DNA of 64,000 nucleotides. Source: Lophium mytilinum. Taxonomy: Eukaryota. Under the pieces are notes generated by a model that was given only the letters and a program-made list of their open reading frames with translations, was not told where the DNA came from and made no database searches. This document shows, in pieces, positions 63,301-64,000 of the stretch (positions are counted from its first letter, which is position 1; each line of letters begins with the position of its first letter). The stretch lies in the NCBI GenBank assembly GCA_010093605.1, contig MU004202.1:73560-137559 (forward strand), in the 5' to 3' direction. The position numbers and the translations under genes were made by a program.

Positions 63301-64000
63301 GGGACGATGCTGGCGAATCGTTCCCAGTGAACGTATTAGAGGATTCCCCGTCAGTTTCCGACACAGTGGATACCTCCTCCTCTGGCCATGCCGTGAAATA
63401 ACGTACTACGCATGGGTGATTGAGACGAGACAAAAGCATGACTTCGGACAAGACTTCAGTGAGTGCGGCAGCAGAGTTCTGCTTTATTTTCTTGATGGCG
63501 TAAAAGCGCCCATCAAGCTTGTTACGCGCCTTCACAACCTCGCCATAGCCGCCCTTTCCTAAACGGCCGGCTTCCGCCCACTCGCTTGCGTACCTCGAAA
63601 ATGGGTTCAAAGCCCCTGTGGACGACTCTCGGCGTGCTCGCCGTCCATGAAGGGCAAAGGAAGTAGAAGGTGTTCTTGAGTGCATGGGTGAAACAGGCTG
63701 AAAATATACGGGAATATCGTTTCGCAAGAATTCGCATGGTATCAAATCGAAAGCCGACGGCCGCTTTTTGGGGTCTGGTCTGAAGAACTTCCGAGTTATG
63801 TCACCCAATGCATCCGACAGCTGCAGGTCCGTGATGAGCACCGTAGGCGAAGCGTGCTTTTGCGGAGTTTCAAGACCGAAAAGCATCTGGAGGAATACTA
63901 CGCCGAGGTCCCAGACATCAGTCTTTCTTGTACGTCTGGTCGAAACTTCTTGCGAAAGCTCTGATGGTACCCAAAAGGCAGACCTTGGCGTCGAGAATGG
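60328..64000 (-). CDS. GCN2: eIF2-alpha kinase Gcn2 (3' part; gene continues beyond window; intron approx. 63156-63018)
   Basis: LGKGGYGEVVKARN, YAIKKI, LYIQMEYCEK, IIHRDLKPDN, KIGDFGLA and VGTTLYVAPE, followed by a HisRS-like domain (QLPYDLTLP, AAGGRYD) and C-terminal domain. Confidence 0.97.

Overview
Gene-dense genomic window from a filamentous ascomycete (Pezizomycotina-type short introns with CTRAC branch points; genus not determinable from sequence alone). A backbone of conserved genes is present: RPC19, HIS3, CAF1/POP2, complex I B12 subunit, COQ8, NTA1, RPL39, BMT5, HPP-family protein, ARB1, FYV10, GRS1 and the 3' part of GCN2. Interleaved with these are accessory genes: two NACHT (fungal NLR) genes plus a decayed tandem NLR paralog, an aldehyde dehydrogenase next to a copper amine oxidase, two paralogous F-box genes bracketing a probably truncated kinase, an SDR/Zn2Cys6 divergent pair, a BTB-like gene with a pseudogenised tandem twin, a LaeA-like methyltransferase and a miniature Zn2Cys6 protein. 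The main structure not shown by the ORF track is a family of six diverged ~225-231 bp TA-flanked MITEs (CAGT...ACTG termini) within 19 kb, three of them 200-280 bp upstream of F-box/BTB genes. Other non-coding features are a 666-bp RIP-like element with ~110-bp inverted repeats, two adjacent tandem arrays (162- and 234-bp periods) sharing a 12-bp core, three GC-AG introns, and repeated abrupt C-rich to G-rich skew switches. All gene models were derived by eye, so exon boundaries are predictions.
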